Origin: Dehalococcoidia bacterium
GTDB lineage: Bacteria > Chloroflexota > Dehalococcoidia > Lucifugimonadales > UBA3495
Length of the DNA: 64,000 bases
Assembly: GCA_965204685.1 (NCBI GenBank)
Contig: OZ242004.1
Coordinates: forward strand, 1,226,615 to 1,290,614
Direction: 5' to 3'
The translations under genes were made by a program, and so were the position numbers. The notes beneath the pieces are model-generated. The model saw only the letters and a list, made by a program, of their open reading frames with translations, had not been told where the DNA came from and searched no databases. Shown in pieces: positions 29,662 through 39,808 of the stretch (position 1 is the first letter of the stretch; the number at the start of each line of letters is the position of its first letter).

Positions 29662-31422
29662 TCAGAAGCCCACGGCGTAGGCCTCGCACCTGGGATCAGC
29701 GCCACCTTGCAGCACTCCAGTCTCGGGGTTGCGCGTAATGACGCAATACAGGGCCGAGCCTTCCCACCATTCCGGGTATTGCTCTATCGTGTGGCCCTTT
29801 TGGCGCAGGCCGTCGACCACTTCGTCGGAGATGCGGCCCTCCAGGCGCAACATTCCCGGATCGTACCGCGACGCCCAGTTGGAGCTGGGGAAGTTGTAGC
29901 TGTAGAAGCGTGGTTCCTCCACGGCCTCCTGGGGATCCCGGCCAAACTCCAGCACGTTGAGCAGCAGTTGCAGCGTGCCCTGCGGGATGTGGTCGCCGCC
30001 ATGGGCGCCCAATGCCATGACCGACTCTCCATCCCGCAGCACCAACGCCGGCGCCGGGGTGAGCCGGGGACGCTTGCCGCCGACCACCGACGCCGGATGG
30101 TCTTCGTTCAGCTTGGACTGGGTGCCGCGCAGGGAGAAAGCGAGGCCGGTTCCGGGGATGATCGGCCCGCCGTTCTTGGTGCCCTCGCTGGGTGTGCAGG
30201 AAAAGATGTTGCCATCCCGATCGATTACGGCAAAGTACGATGTCCCGCCGCCGCTGACGCCGGCAGTGCCAACCGGTGTCGCGGCATCCCGGGGTGACTG
30301 TGGAGCGCCGTCGACGGTCGCTTTCCCTTTTCGCGGGTCTCCCGCCGGCGGCGTACCCGGCCATGCCAGGTCCGGGTCGATCAGCGTGCGGCGCTTGGTC
30401 AGGTATTCTTCGGCGAACATTTCCTTGAGCGGAACGTCCACGAAGTCGGGATCACCCACGTACCGCTCCCGGTCGGCGAAGGCCAGGTTCAACGCCTGGC
30501 TCACCGTGTGAATGTACTGGGTGGAGTTGTGGCCCATGGACGCCAGGTCGAACCCCTCCAGTATCTTGAGTGCCTGGGGGAAGGTCGGCCCCTGGCCCCA
30601 CGGCCCGGTGCTGTAGACGTCATAGCCCTTGTAGTTGACCGTCACCGGCGGCCCCACCTGGACGTGATAGGCGGCCAGGTCTTCTTCGGTGAGCAGGCCG
30701 CCCATCTCCTGGTTGAAGGCGACAATCTTGTGGGCCAACTCGCCGGTGTAGATATAGTCCCGGGCCGCCTTCATTGCCGCTTCCCGTCCCTTGCTCGCGT
30801 TGGACGCCTCGATGTCGGCGAGCTTGGACAGACTGGCGGCCAGGTCCTTCTGGTAGAACATCTCGCCCTGCTTGGGGGCGCGGCCGCCGGGCAGGTAGAT
30901 CTCGGCGGTCGACGGGTAGGCGTTGTACTGGTCGTAGGCCGTCTTGAACCGGCCGGCCAAGTAGCGGAACATGGGGAAACCGTTGCCGGCCAGGTCTATG
31001 GCCGCGCTGGCCACCTGTCCGAAGGTCATCGTGCCAAACTTCGAGAGTGACGTAATCCACGAATCGGCGGCGGCCGGCGTCAGGGACGACAACACGCCGG
31101 GCGGCATCCTGCCCCCGTGGTGCTTGTGGAAGTAATCAACGGACGCTGCCCTGGGCCAGACCCCGAGACCGTCAACGGTGACGACTTCCTTCCGGTCGGC
31201 CAGGTAGATGACGGTGGGCGCAACGCCCAGGAAGCTGCAATCGTCGACATGCACCACGTTCAGCGCCAGGCCAACGGCCACGCCGGCGTCGATGGCATTG
31301 CCGCCCCGTTTCAGCACTTCCAGGCCGGCCATGGCCGCGCTGGGGTGGCTGGCGGCAACCATTCCGTTGACCCCCTGCATCAGTGGGCGGTAACTGGTCA
31401 TCGTGGTCCCTTTGACTGGCAT
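29662..31422 (-). CDS. ggt: gamma-glutamyltransferase
   Basis: GGT family (...GGGTSYFAVIDRDGNIFSCTPS..., with the autoprocessing Thr region). Start ATG 31422 is preceded by GGAGG at 7-nt spacing. The longer track start 31512 overlaps the upstream gene. Confidence 0.9.
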   Translation of the reverse strand: MPVKGTTMTSYRPLMQGVNGMVAASHPSAAMAGLEVLKRGGNAIDAGVAVGLALNVVHVDDCSFLGVAPTVIYLADRKEVVTVDGLGVWPRAASVDYFHKHHGGRMPPGVLSSLTPAAADSWITSLSKFGTMTFGQVASAAIDLAGNGFPMFRYLAGRFKTAYDQYNAYPSTAEIYLPGGRAPKQGEMFYQKDLAASLSKLADIEASNASKGREAAMKAARDYIYTGELAHKIVAFNQEMGGLLTEEDLAAYHVQVGPPVTVNYKGYDVYSTGPWGQGPTFPQALKILEGFDLASMGHNSTQYIHTVSQALNLAFADRERYVGDPDFVDVPLKEMFAEEYLTKRRTLIDPDLAWPGTPPAGDPRKGKATVDGAPQSPRDAATPVGTAGVSGGGTSYFAVIDRDGNIFSCTPSEGTKNGGPIIPGTGLAFSLRGTQSKLNEDHPASVVGGKRPRLTPAPALVLRDGESVMALGAHGGDHIPQGTLQLLLNVLEFGRDPQEAVEEPRFYSYNFPSSNWASRYDPGMLRLEGRISDEVVDGLRQKGHTIEQYPEWWEGSALYCVITRNPETGVLQGGADPRCEAYAVGF

Positions 31423-31474
31423 GGTTGGGCCTCCGTGTTTGGGGTATTTGTTTCTCGGTTGGGGCAGGTAGATT

Positions 31475-32266
31475 TTAGACGGCTTCTTCTCTGGCGGCTT
31501 TGGCTCGCTCAATCAGGAACTGGGCGTCGGTGACGGTCTTTTCCAAGTAGTCCGGCTGGTCGGTCAGACGCGGTTGCCGTCGTGATCGGTAGCCGCGTCG
31601 CCCAGCATACTCCGCGTAGATGTCGGGGGCTATGGACAAGCGGAAGTTCTGCATTTCGGGGTGGAAGTGGCGAAGCGTGCCCAGCAGGTCCGCCATGCTG
31701 TGGTTGTAGCCATAGGGAATCTTTCGGGCTTCCAACAGGGCTTTCAATCCGCACTCCAGCGCAAAGTGGGCCTGCTGCCCGATTGGAAAATCCGGCTGGT
31801 CGTTGCTTGCCAGCGACTGGAAGGCGGACAGGTGCGCTTCTGCCCTTTCGATGAGTATTTCGTAGTTCTCCCAGTCGTAGGAGGATTCGGTATCCTCGTC
31901 TTCGTATTCTGACGAGCCGTACTGGTTCGGATCCCGGGGCATGATTATTCCGTCCTTTACGGCTTGGGTCTCGACGCTGTTGACGTAGCGGCGGTTGTAC
32001 CGGAACTCATCGATGGTTCTCCACACCAGTTCCACCGGCACTTCCCGTCCGTAGGTCTCCCAGGCGACCCGGGCGGCGGCGGCGGCGGCGGCCTTTTGGA
32101 TGGCGTCGTCAGGTTCGGTGGCCTGCACCAGCATGACGTCGATATCCGACAGCAGTTCCTCGTGGTCACCCCGAGCGCGGGAGCCGAAGAGGATGACGAG
32201 TTCGGGCTGCTCGCGTTGCTGCACTGCTTTCGCTATATGCAGCGCTTTGGGGTCGTGACGTTGCAT
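31475..32266 (-). CDS. fused minimal nucleotidyltransferase (MNT) - HEPN domain protein
   Basis: N-terminus LFGSRARGD..LSDIDV (pol-beta NTase motif). C-terminus ...ALECGLKALLEARKIPYGYNHSMADLL... (HEPN-like). Contains a (CGG)6 tract encoding AAAAAAA. Confidence 0.75.
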   Translation of the reverse strand: MQRHDPKALHIAKAVQQREQPELVILFGSRARGDHEELLSDIDVMLVQATEPDDAIQKAAAAAAARVAWETYGREVPVELVWRTIDEFRYNRRYVNSVETQAVKDGIIMPRDPNQYGSSEYEDEDTESSYDWENYEILIERAEAHLSAFQSLASNDQPDFPIGQQAHFALECGLKALLEARKIPYGYNHSMADLLGTLRHFHPEMQNFRLSIAPDIYAEYAGRRGYRSRRQPRLTDQPDYLEKTVTDAQFLIERAKAAREEAV

Positions 32267-32419
32267 CTGATTCGTATCCCGTCGGTGTTCTCAGTCTAGC
32301 TTGGCGCCGGTCCGGTGGTTGATGGGGATTTTGCTGAACTGGTAACGGTGTTTGGGTCAGATTTCTCCGGGCGTAGTATAGTCCCTAATCGTGGTCAAGA
32401 AGAAACCGGAGGTTACATC

Positions 32420-33925
32420 ATGGCGGTAAGGCAACCCACTGTTGAAGAGATTTTCCGCATCGCCGACGCCTACAACCTGAACCCCTCGCCGGCCGACGTC
32501 GAGTCCTATATCGAGCTGAGCCAGCCCATCCTGGACTCCTACGCCCGGTTGGACCAGCTCACCGCGCCCAACCTGCCGGTCAAGTACCCGCGCTCTCCGG
32601 GCGCGAGACCCCAGCCGGATGACAACCCGCTGGGCGCCTGGTACTGGCGCTGCGACATCACCGGTCCCCAGGGCGGGCTGCTCTCCGGCAAGAGCGTTGC
32701 CATCAAGGACAACGTCTGCGTGGCCGGCGTTCCCATGATGAACGGCACCAGCGTCCTCGAAGGCTACGTCCCCGACGTGGACGCCACCATCGTTACGCGC
32801 ATCCTGGACGCCGGCGGGTCCATCCGGGGCAAGGCGGTCTGCGAGAGCCTGTGTTTCTCCGGCGGCAGCCATACTTCGGACACCGGGCCGGTGCGCAACC
32901 CCCATGACCCTGCGCGCACGGCCGGCGGCTCATCCAGCGGCAGCGCAGCGCTGGTCGCGGCCGGCGAGGTGGACATGGCCATCGGCGGCGACCAGGGCGG
33001 GTCCATCCGGATACCCGCCAGTTGGTGCGGCATATATGGCCTCAAGCCTACCTACGGGCTGGTGCCGTACACCGGGGTCTTCCCCATCGAGCTGACCCTG
33101 GACCACACGGGGCCCATGGCCCGCACCACCGCCGACGTGGCCTTGATGCTGGAAGCCATCGCCGGACCCGACGGCCTGGACCCCAGGCAGAGCGCCGGTC
33201 TGGTCGGCCAGGGCTACACTCAGGCGTTGACCGGCGACGTATCCGGTCTCCGCATTGGCATCGTGCAAGAGGGTTTTGGCCTGCCTGAGTCTGAGGCGGA
33301 CGTGGATGCGGCGGTGGAAAACGCGGCGCGTTCGTTCGAGAGCATGGGCGCTCAGGTGGGCGCCGTTTCCATACCCTGGCACCGGGACGGCATCCACGTC
33401 TGGCGGGCCATCGCCGTGGAGGGCGCCACGATGCTGATGGTGGCCGGCAACAGCATGGGCACCAACTGGAAGGGTCACTACACCACCGGATTGCTGGACG
33501 TGTACGCCCGCGGCTGGCAGACCCGGGCCGACGACCTCTCGGAGACCACCAAGCTGGTGGTGCTCATGGGACAGTACATGCAGGACCGGTACCAGGGCCG
33601 CTACTACGCCAAAGCCCAGAACCTGGCCCGGACGCTCACCGCCGCCTACGACCAGGCGCTCAACGAGTATGACCTGCTGGTGATGCCCACCCTGCCCATG
33701 AAGGCCACGGTCATTCCGCCGGCGGATTGCAGCCGCCAGGAGTACACCGACCGGGCGCTGGAGATGATCCCCAACACCTGCCCCTTCGACGTGACCGGAC
33801 ATCCGGCGATTTCGGTGCCCTGCGGAACATCCGACGGCCTGCCCATCGGCATGATGCTCGTGGGTCGCACGGGCGACGATGCGATGGTCCTGCGCGCCGC
33901 CGACGCCTATGATCGCAGCAATTAG
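32420..33925 (+). CDS. amidase (amidase-signature family)
   Basis: AS signature GGSSSGSAALVAAGEVDMAIGGDQGGSIRIPASWCG. ATG 32420 is preceded by a GGAGG RBS. Confidence 0.9.
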   Translation: MAVRQPTVEEIFRIADAYNLNPSPADVESYIELSQPILDSYARLDQLTAPNLPVKYPRSPGARPQPDDNPLGAWYWRCDITGPQGGLLSGKSVAIKDNVCVAGVPMMNGTSVLEGYVPDVDATIVTRILDAGGSIRGKAVCESLCFSGGSHTSDTGPVRNPHDPARTAGGSSSGSAALVAAGEVDMAIGGDQGGSIRIPASWCGIYGLKPTYGLVPYTGVFPIELTLDHTGPMARTTADVALMLEAIAGPDGLDPRQSAGLVGQGYTQALTGDVSGLRIGIVQEGFGLPESEADVDAAVENAARSFESMGAQVGAVSIPWHRDGIHVWRAIAVEGATMLMVAGNSMGTNWKGHYTTGLLDVYARGWQTRADDLSETTKLVVLMGQYMQDRYQGRYYAKAQNLARTLTAAYDQALNEYDLLVMPTLPMKATVIPPADCSRQEYTDRALEMIPNTCPFDVTGHPAISVPCGTSDGLPIGMMLVGRTGDDAMVLRAADAYDRSN

Positions 33926-33948
33926 CCCGTGACCAACCGGAGGCCAAG

Positions 33949-34782
33949 ATGATAGTAGTAACCGGAGCGGCCGGCAGGCTGGGCCGCCGGGTCGTGCAAC
34001 TGCTGGTGGATCAGGGCCGGGAAGTTCGGGCGACCGACCGGGTGCCGGCCGATGAGCTGCCCGCTGAGTTCGTACGCTGCGAACTGTCGGATGCGGCGGG
34101 TGTGATGGATCTGCTCAGGGGCGCGGACGCTGTCGTGCACATGGGCGCGATCCCCGGTCCGCAGCGAGCCGACCCGAGGGTAATTTTCGAGAACAACGTG
34201 GCTGGCGACTTCAACGTCATGATGGCGGCGGCGGAGTTGGGGCTGCGCCGCGTGGTGTTCTCGTCCAGCGCTTTCGGCATGGGGTGGGCCCACGACGGCA
34301 ACGCTTTCGTCCCGCTCTACCTGCCCCTGGACGAAGAGCATCCCATGATGCCTTTCGAACCCTACGGCTTGACCAAGCAGGTGGGCGAGGACATCGGCCG
34401 GATGATCGCCCGCAACTCGGATACCACCGTGGTCAGCCTCCGTTTCACCAACGTCGCGCTTCCCGAAGTGCAGGCCGAGTTCCCCTGGCCGGCTCCAACG
34501 CCGGAAAACCCGCTGACGCTGGTGATGTGGGCCTACGCGGACGCCAGGGACGTGGCCGAGGCCCACGTGCTGGCGCTGGATGCGCAGATCAAAGAGTACG
34601 AGGCGTTCATGCTCGCTCAACCATCCAGCCGGTTTGCGGAGCCCACCATCGACCTCATCAAGCAGAACTTCGGCGACCGGGTGGAGATACGCGACGGGCT
34701 CGAAGGTACCGCCAGCGTCATCAGCACGGCAAAGGCGCAGCGAATGCTGGGTTGGACACCGCGCCACGACTGGAGGCAATGA
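33949..34782 (+). CDS. NAD-dependent epimerase/dehydratase (extended SDR) family protein
   Basis: MIVVTGAAGRLGRRVV Rossmann motif. 277 aa. Confidence 0.85.
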   Translation: MIVVTGAAGRLGRRVVQLLVDQGREVRATDRVPADELPAEFVRCELSDAAGVMDLLRGADAVVHMGAIPGPQRADPRVIFENNVAGDFNVMMAAAELGLRRVVFSSSAFGMGWAHDGNAFVPLYLPLDEEHPMMPFEPYGLTKQVGEDIGRMIARNSDTTVVSLRFTNVALPEVQAEFPWPAPTPENPLTLVMWAYADARDVAEAHVLALDAQIKEYEAFMLAQPSSRFAEPTIDLIKQNFGDRVEIRDGLEGTASVISTAKAQRMLGWTPRHDWRQ

Positions 34783-34817
34783 ACGGCGTCTGCTCATGCG
34801 ACCCGGTTTCGTAAACC

Positions 34818-34927
34818 GTCAGAAACAGGATTTACAGGATTTTATGATTTGGCAGGATTGGGAACTCTCCATCACGGAACGGTTCCAATCCTGATAATCC
34901 CTGAATCTTGAAAATCCTGCTTCTGAC
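34818..34927. repeat. nested-palindromic GGATT-rich intergenic element (copy C)
   Basis: GTCAGAAACAGGATT ... AATCCTGCTTCTGAC termini, with CAGGATT repeated at ~9-nt spacing. The core GGAACTCTCCATCACGGAACGGTTCC is the reverse complement of the core of copy D. Confidence 0.9.
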
Positions 34928-34936
34928 AAAAGCCGA

Positions 34937-36361
34937 TCACTCCAGGTTGGGCCACACGCCCCGGCTGGGCGATACGCCCTCGTAGGCGTTGGCGATGCGG
35001 AACAGGTTGCCCTCCTCCCATGGGCGGCCGATGAACTGGAGACCGATGGGCAGGCCGAGATCGCTGAAGCCGCAGGGCACCGTGATCGCCGGGAACCCCG
35101 TGGCGTTCATGGGGTTGGTGTTGCGCGAAACGTGGCCGGAGCCGGGTCCGCGCACCTTCTGCCGGCGACCCTCCGCCTCCAGCGTGTCGGCGTCGATGCG
35201 GGGGGCCGGCAGCGGCGTGGTCGGCGTGATGAGGAAGTCCACATCCTGGAGAACGCGGGCGTGCTCCTCCTTGATGATCCGCTGGACCTTCATCGCCTTG
35301 GAGTAGTCGCGGCCCAGCACGAACTGGCCGGCTAGGGTGCGGTAGAGAGTGTCGGGGCCGTAGTCCTCGCGGTTGGAGGTGATGTAGGGCTCGTGGGTGA
35401 CGACGCTGTCGGCCATGCTGGAGAAACGCAGGGCCCCCGCGTACTGCATGCTGGGCACGCTGACCTCACGGGTTTCAACACCCAACTCTTCCAGGGCGGC
35501 GATGGCGCGGCGCACGGCGGCTTCCACCTCGGGATCGAGGTGGTCGTAGTAATAGTTGGAGGGGATTCCCATGGTCAGGCCGCTGATCCCGCGCTCCATG
35601 ATCAGGGCGTAGTCGTCCACCGGAACCGGAACCGTGCTGGGATCCAGCGGGTCGTAGCCGGCGATGGCCTGCAGGACCAGGGCGCTGTCGCGCACCGAGC
35701 GGGTCATGGGCCCGATATGGTCGCCGTTGAAGCTGGTGACCAGCAGGCCGCGTTGGCTGACCCGGCCGAAAGTCTGCTTGAGCCCAACGACGCCGCAGAA
35801 GGCGCCGGGCAGGCGCACCGAGCCGCCCAGGTCGGTTCCCAAGGAGGCGAAGGTGACGCCGGCGGCCACATTGGCGCCGCCGCCTCCGCTGGAACCGCCG
35901 GGGATGTGGTCGACGTTCCAGGGGTTGTGCACCGCCCCGTAGTGGGGGTTGTTGGAGGTGGCGCCGGCGGCGAACTCCTCCAGGTTTTCCTTGCCGATGA
36001 TGATGGCGCCGGCGGCCTTGCAGCGGCGGACGACCTCGGCGTCTTCGTCGGGCACGTGATCGCGCAGTACCTTAGTGCCCAAGGTGGTATTGATGCCGCC
36101 GGTGGCGATGTTGTCCTTGATGCCGATGGGGATGCCGTGGAGCGGGCCCAGGTACTCGCCCCGGGACAGGGATTCCTCGGCCGCTTCGGCTTGTGCCAGC
36201 GCCTGCTCACGCATGATGGTGATGAAGGAGTTGAGCGTGGGCTGGCGGCGCTCGGCTTCGTCCAGGGCGGCTTCGGTGAGCTCTACGGGCGATACCTCCC
36301 GGGCCTGGATCAGCGGGGCGATTTCGGAAATGGTCAGCTTGAGCAGTTCGGAATCAGGCAT
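34937..36361 (-). CDS. amidase (GatA/AtzE-like amidase-signature enzyme)
   Basis: GIPIGIKDNI and GGSSGGGGANVAAGVTFASLGTDLGGSVRLPGAFCG. ATG 36361 is preceded by GGAGGGG and has an 8-nt overlap with the upstream small ORF. Confidence 0.9.
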   Translation of the reverse strand: MPDSELLKLTISEIAPLIQAREVSPVELTEAALDEAERRQPTLNSFITIMREQALAQAEAAEESLSRGEYLGPLHGIPIGIKDNIATGGINTTLGTKVLRDHVPDEDAEVVRRCKAAGAIIIGKENLEEFAAGATSNNPHYGAVHNPWNVDHIPGGSSGGGGANVAAGVTFASLGTDLGGSVRLPGAFCGVVGLKQTFGRVSQRGLLVTSFNGDHIGPMTRSVRDSALVLQAIAGYDPLDPSTVPVPVDDYALIMERGISGLTMGIPSNYYYDHLDPEVEAAVRRAIAALEELGVETREVSVPSMQYAGALRFSSMADSVVTHEPYITSNREDYGPDTLYRTLAGQFVLGRDYSKAMKVQRIIKEEHARVLQDVDFLITPTTPLPAPRIDADTLEAEGRRQKVRGPGSGHVSRNTNPMNATGFPAITVPCGFSDLGLPIGLQFIGRPWEEGNLFRIANAYEGVSPSRGVWPNLE

Positions 36362-36554
36362 CGGTTTCCCCTCCATCGGCTGGCCGCAGCAGGCGCGCGG
36401 ACATGACGTCGGACAGGTCCAGATCGCGCAGGTTCTGCAATTCGGTCAGGTAGTTCTCCAGTTCGGGTTTGACGAGTTTCAACTCGTCGTCGGACAGCTC
36501 GAACCCGCCGTATTCGGCGATTATTCGCTTCATGGTTTCGTCGGAAATCGGCAT
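36354..36554 (-). CDS. small GatC/AtzG-like protein (66 aa), putative amidase partner subunit
   Basis: MPISDETMKRIIAEYGGFELSDDELKLVKPELENYLTELQNLRDLDLSDV resembles the GatC layout. AGGAGG RBS 8 nt upstream of ATG 36554. Translationally coupled to the amidase. Confidence 0.55.
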   Translation of the reverse strand: MPISDETMKRIIAEYGGFELSDDELKLVKPELENYLTELQNLRDLDLSDVMSARLLRPADGGETDA

Positions 36555-36689
36555 TCGCCACACCTCCTGCATGGTCGAGGTTAGGCGCGAGTGTACATAG
36601 CGCGCCGTGTGTAGGCAAGAAAATGATCCGGGTACCGGAAGCAGCCCCGGCTTGGTGGTACATGGCCCCCGGGGCGGGCGCGTTTCAGA

Positions 36690-36719
36690 TTGCCGCTCGG
36701 ATTTGGCCTGTGCTATACT
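36690..36719 (+). promoter_or_regulatory. candidate sigma70-type promoter for rpsB
   Basis: TTGCCG (36690-36695), 18-nt spacer, TATACT (36714-36719). Pattern match only. Confidence 0.3.
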
Positions 36720-36763
36720 CACGCTCGATCTCGCGCCAGACCCAGGAGAGAGGCACAAAGCTT

Positions 36764-37639
36764 ATGGTACAAGCCCCGGAACGCCCAGCGGAGAGTGCGA
36801 TGAACGCGGCTCCCGCCCTGGAACCGATCACGATGAAGTCCCTGCTGGAGGCCGGCGTCCACTTCGGCCACCAGACCAGGCGGTGGAACCCGCGCATGCG
36901 ACGCTACATCTTCACGCAGCGCAACGGGATCCACATCATCGATCTGCAGCAGACGATGGGGCTGATCAACGATGCGTACCGGGCCATGGTGGAACTGTCC
37001 GCCAGCGGCGGCAAGGTGCTGTTCGTCGGCACCAAGAAACAGGCCCAGGATGTCATCGCCTCGGAAGCCGAGCGCACCGGCCAGTGGTACGTGAACCAAC
37101 GCTGGCTGGGCGGCACGCTGACCAATTTCCAGACCATCAAGGGTCGTATCGACCACATGAAGCGTCTCCAGGAACAGCGGGACACCGGCTACCTGGCGCG
37201 GCTGCCGAAAAAAGAAACGGTGCGGCTGACGCACACCCTGGACAAGCTGGAGAAGTACTTCACCGGCCTGCGCAACATGGACCGGCTGCCTTCCGCCCTG
37301 TTCGTGATCGACATCGGCAAAGAGGATATCTGCATCGCCGAGGCGCGCCGGCTCAACATCCCCATCTTCGCTATCGTTGATACCGACTGCGATCCCGGCC
37401 AGGTCACCCACGCGGTGCCCGGCAACGACGACGCGGTCCGGTCCATCCGGCTGATTACGGGCCGAATGGCCTCGGCCATCGAAGAAGGCCAGGCGCAGCG
37501 GGAAGCTCTGCAAATGGCGCAGGCCGAAGCGTCGGAAACCGAAGGGGAAGACGGCGACGAGGACGTCCGGCCTTTCAGCAATACCGTGACGCTGGAAGAG
37601 CTGGGGCAGATGATGTCCTCGCGTCCGCTGGAGCCGTAG
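36764..37639 (+). CDS. rpsB: 30S ribosomal protein S2
   Basis: LLEAGVHFGHQTRRWNPRM and the rest of the sequence are canonical S2. The start is uncertain: ATG 36764 was chosen and internal Met codons are possible. Confidence 0.95.
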   Translation: MVQAPERPAESAMNAAPALEPITMKSLLEAGVHFGHQTRRWNPRMRRYIFTQRNGIHIIDLQQTMGLINDAYRAMVELSASGGKVLFVGTKKQAQDVIASEAERTGQWYVNQRWLGGTLTNFQTIKGRIDHMKRLQEQRDTGYLARLPKKETVRLTHTLDKLEKYFTGLRNMDRLPSALFVIDIGKEDICIAEARRLNIPIFAIVDTDCDPGQVTHAVPGNDDAVRSIRLITGRMASAIEEGQAQREALQMAQAEASETEGEDGDEDVRPFSNTVTLEELGQMMSSRPLEP

Positions 37640-37692
37640 GCGGCTAATCCTGACCAACCGCCCGACAGCATCAACCACAGGAGGCTCAAAAG

Positions 37693-38199
37693 TTGCCTGC
37701 AGTAACCGTTGAACTGATCAAAAGCCTGCGCGAACAGACCGGCGCCGGCATCAGTGATTGCAAGCAAGCTCTGGAGGACAACGGCGGAAACCTGGAGCAG
37801 GCCATGGCGGCCCTCCGCCAGAAGGGTTTTGAGCAGGCCGCCAAACGGGCCGACCGCGAAACTTCGCAAGGGCTGGTCGAGGCCTACATCCACACCGGCG
37901 GCCGGGTCGGAGCGATGGTGCAGTTGGGCTGCGAGACCGACTTCGTGGCGCGCACTGAGGGCTTCCGCACGCTGGCGCACGACATCGCCATGCAGGTGGC
38001 GGCAATGTCCCCGGTGTATTTGAGCGAAGAGGACATGGACGAAGGGGACGACCGTCCCGCCGCCCAGGTTTGCCTGATGCAACAGCCGTTCATCAAGGAC
38101 GGGTCCCGGACTCTCGCCGACCTGGTGCGTGAAACGGCGGCGCAAACCGGCGAAAACGTCCGCGTGGTCGGCTTCCGCCGGCTGGCGCTGGGAGAATAA
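37693..38199 (+). CDS. tsf: elongation factor Ts (short form)
   Basis: LIKSLREQTGAGISDCKQALEDNGGNLEQAMAALRQKG (UBA-like N-terminus). TTG start with an AGGAGG RBS. 168 aa. Confidence 0.92.
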   Translation: MPAVTVELIKSLREQTGAGISDCKQALEDNGGNLEQAMAALRQKGFEQAAKRADRETSQGLVEAYIHTGGRVGAMVQLGCETDFVARTEGFRTLAHDIAMQVAAMSPVYLSEEDMDEGDDRPAAQVCLMQQPFIKDGSRTLADLVRETAAQTGENVRVVGFRRLALGE

Positions 38200-38251
38200 C
38201 GATACAAACGAAAACGGCATCCCTCCCAGGTTGATGCTGCGCCGGTATTGA

Positions 38252-39013
<762 letters not shown>

Positions 39014-39061
39014 AATCAGGAATCGCCAGCTAATCACGCTCAGCCGAAAAGGAGGGACCAA

Positions 39062-39667
39062 ATGCCGGATCGCAACAACAGGGGCAACAACAGCGATCAG
39101 GATGGGCCGACCATCGAGGCCGTGCTGGCCGAAGCGGAGCGCAAAATGGGGCAATCGATTGAAGCGATGCGCCGCGACATCAGCACGCTCCGTACGGGCC
39201 GGGCAACGCCGGCGCTCATCGAAGACCTGTCGGTGGACTACTATGGTTCGCCCACCCCTCTGAAACAGATTGCTTCCATATCGGCTCCCGACGCCCGCGC
39301 CATCATGGTGCAGCCCTGGGACCGCCAGGCCCTGCGCGACATCGAGCGCAGCCTGACCCAGTCCGAAATGGGGTTCAATCCGTCGAACGACGGCAACGTG
39401 ATCACCGTGCCCATCCCGCCGCTGACCCAGGAACGTCGCCAGGAGATGGTGCGCCTGCTGAAGCGCAAGGCGGAGGACAGCAAGGTGGCGGTACGCAACG
39501 TGCGGCGTGAAGGGGTGGACTCCCTGCGCAAAATGGAGCGGGACAAGTCGATTTCCCAGGATGAAAACCGGCGCAGCCAGGACTCGTTGCAAAAGACCAC
39601 CGACGCTCATATCAAGGCAATCGACGAGGTCTCGGCGACGAAGGAAGCGGAAATCATGGAGGTGTAG
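39062..39667 (+). CDS. frr: ribosome recycling factor
   Basis: LRTGRATPALIEDLSVDYYGSPTPLKQIASISAPDAR is canonical. It has a ~17-aa N-terminal extension. Confidence 0.95.
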   Translation: MPDRNNRGNNSDQDGPTIEAVLAEAERKMGQSIEAMRRDISTLRTGRATPALIEDLSVDYYGSPTPLKQIASISAPDARAIMVQPWDRQALRDIERSLTQSEMGFNPSNDGNVITVPIPPLTQERRQEMVRLLKRKAEDSKVAVRNVRREGVDSLRKMERDKSISQDENRRSQDSLQKTTDAHIKAIDEVSATKEAEIMEV

Positions 39668-39808
39668 CCCGCGCTCCAATTTCCTGGCGCACGCGTTAGC
39701 GCGTACCGGCAACACCGCTGGACGCCCGCCGTATCCGGGGCCTCGTCCTGAAGAGATCCGATAGGCGGGCGAACGTTTGCCCGCGCTCCACTGTCCAAGT
39801 CTCTGTTC

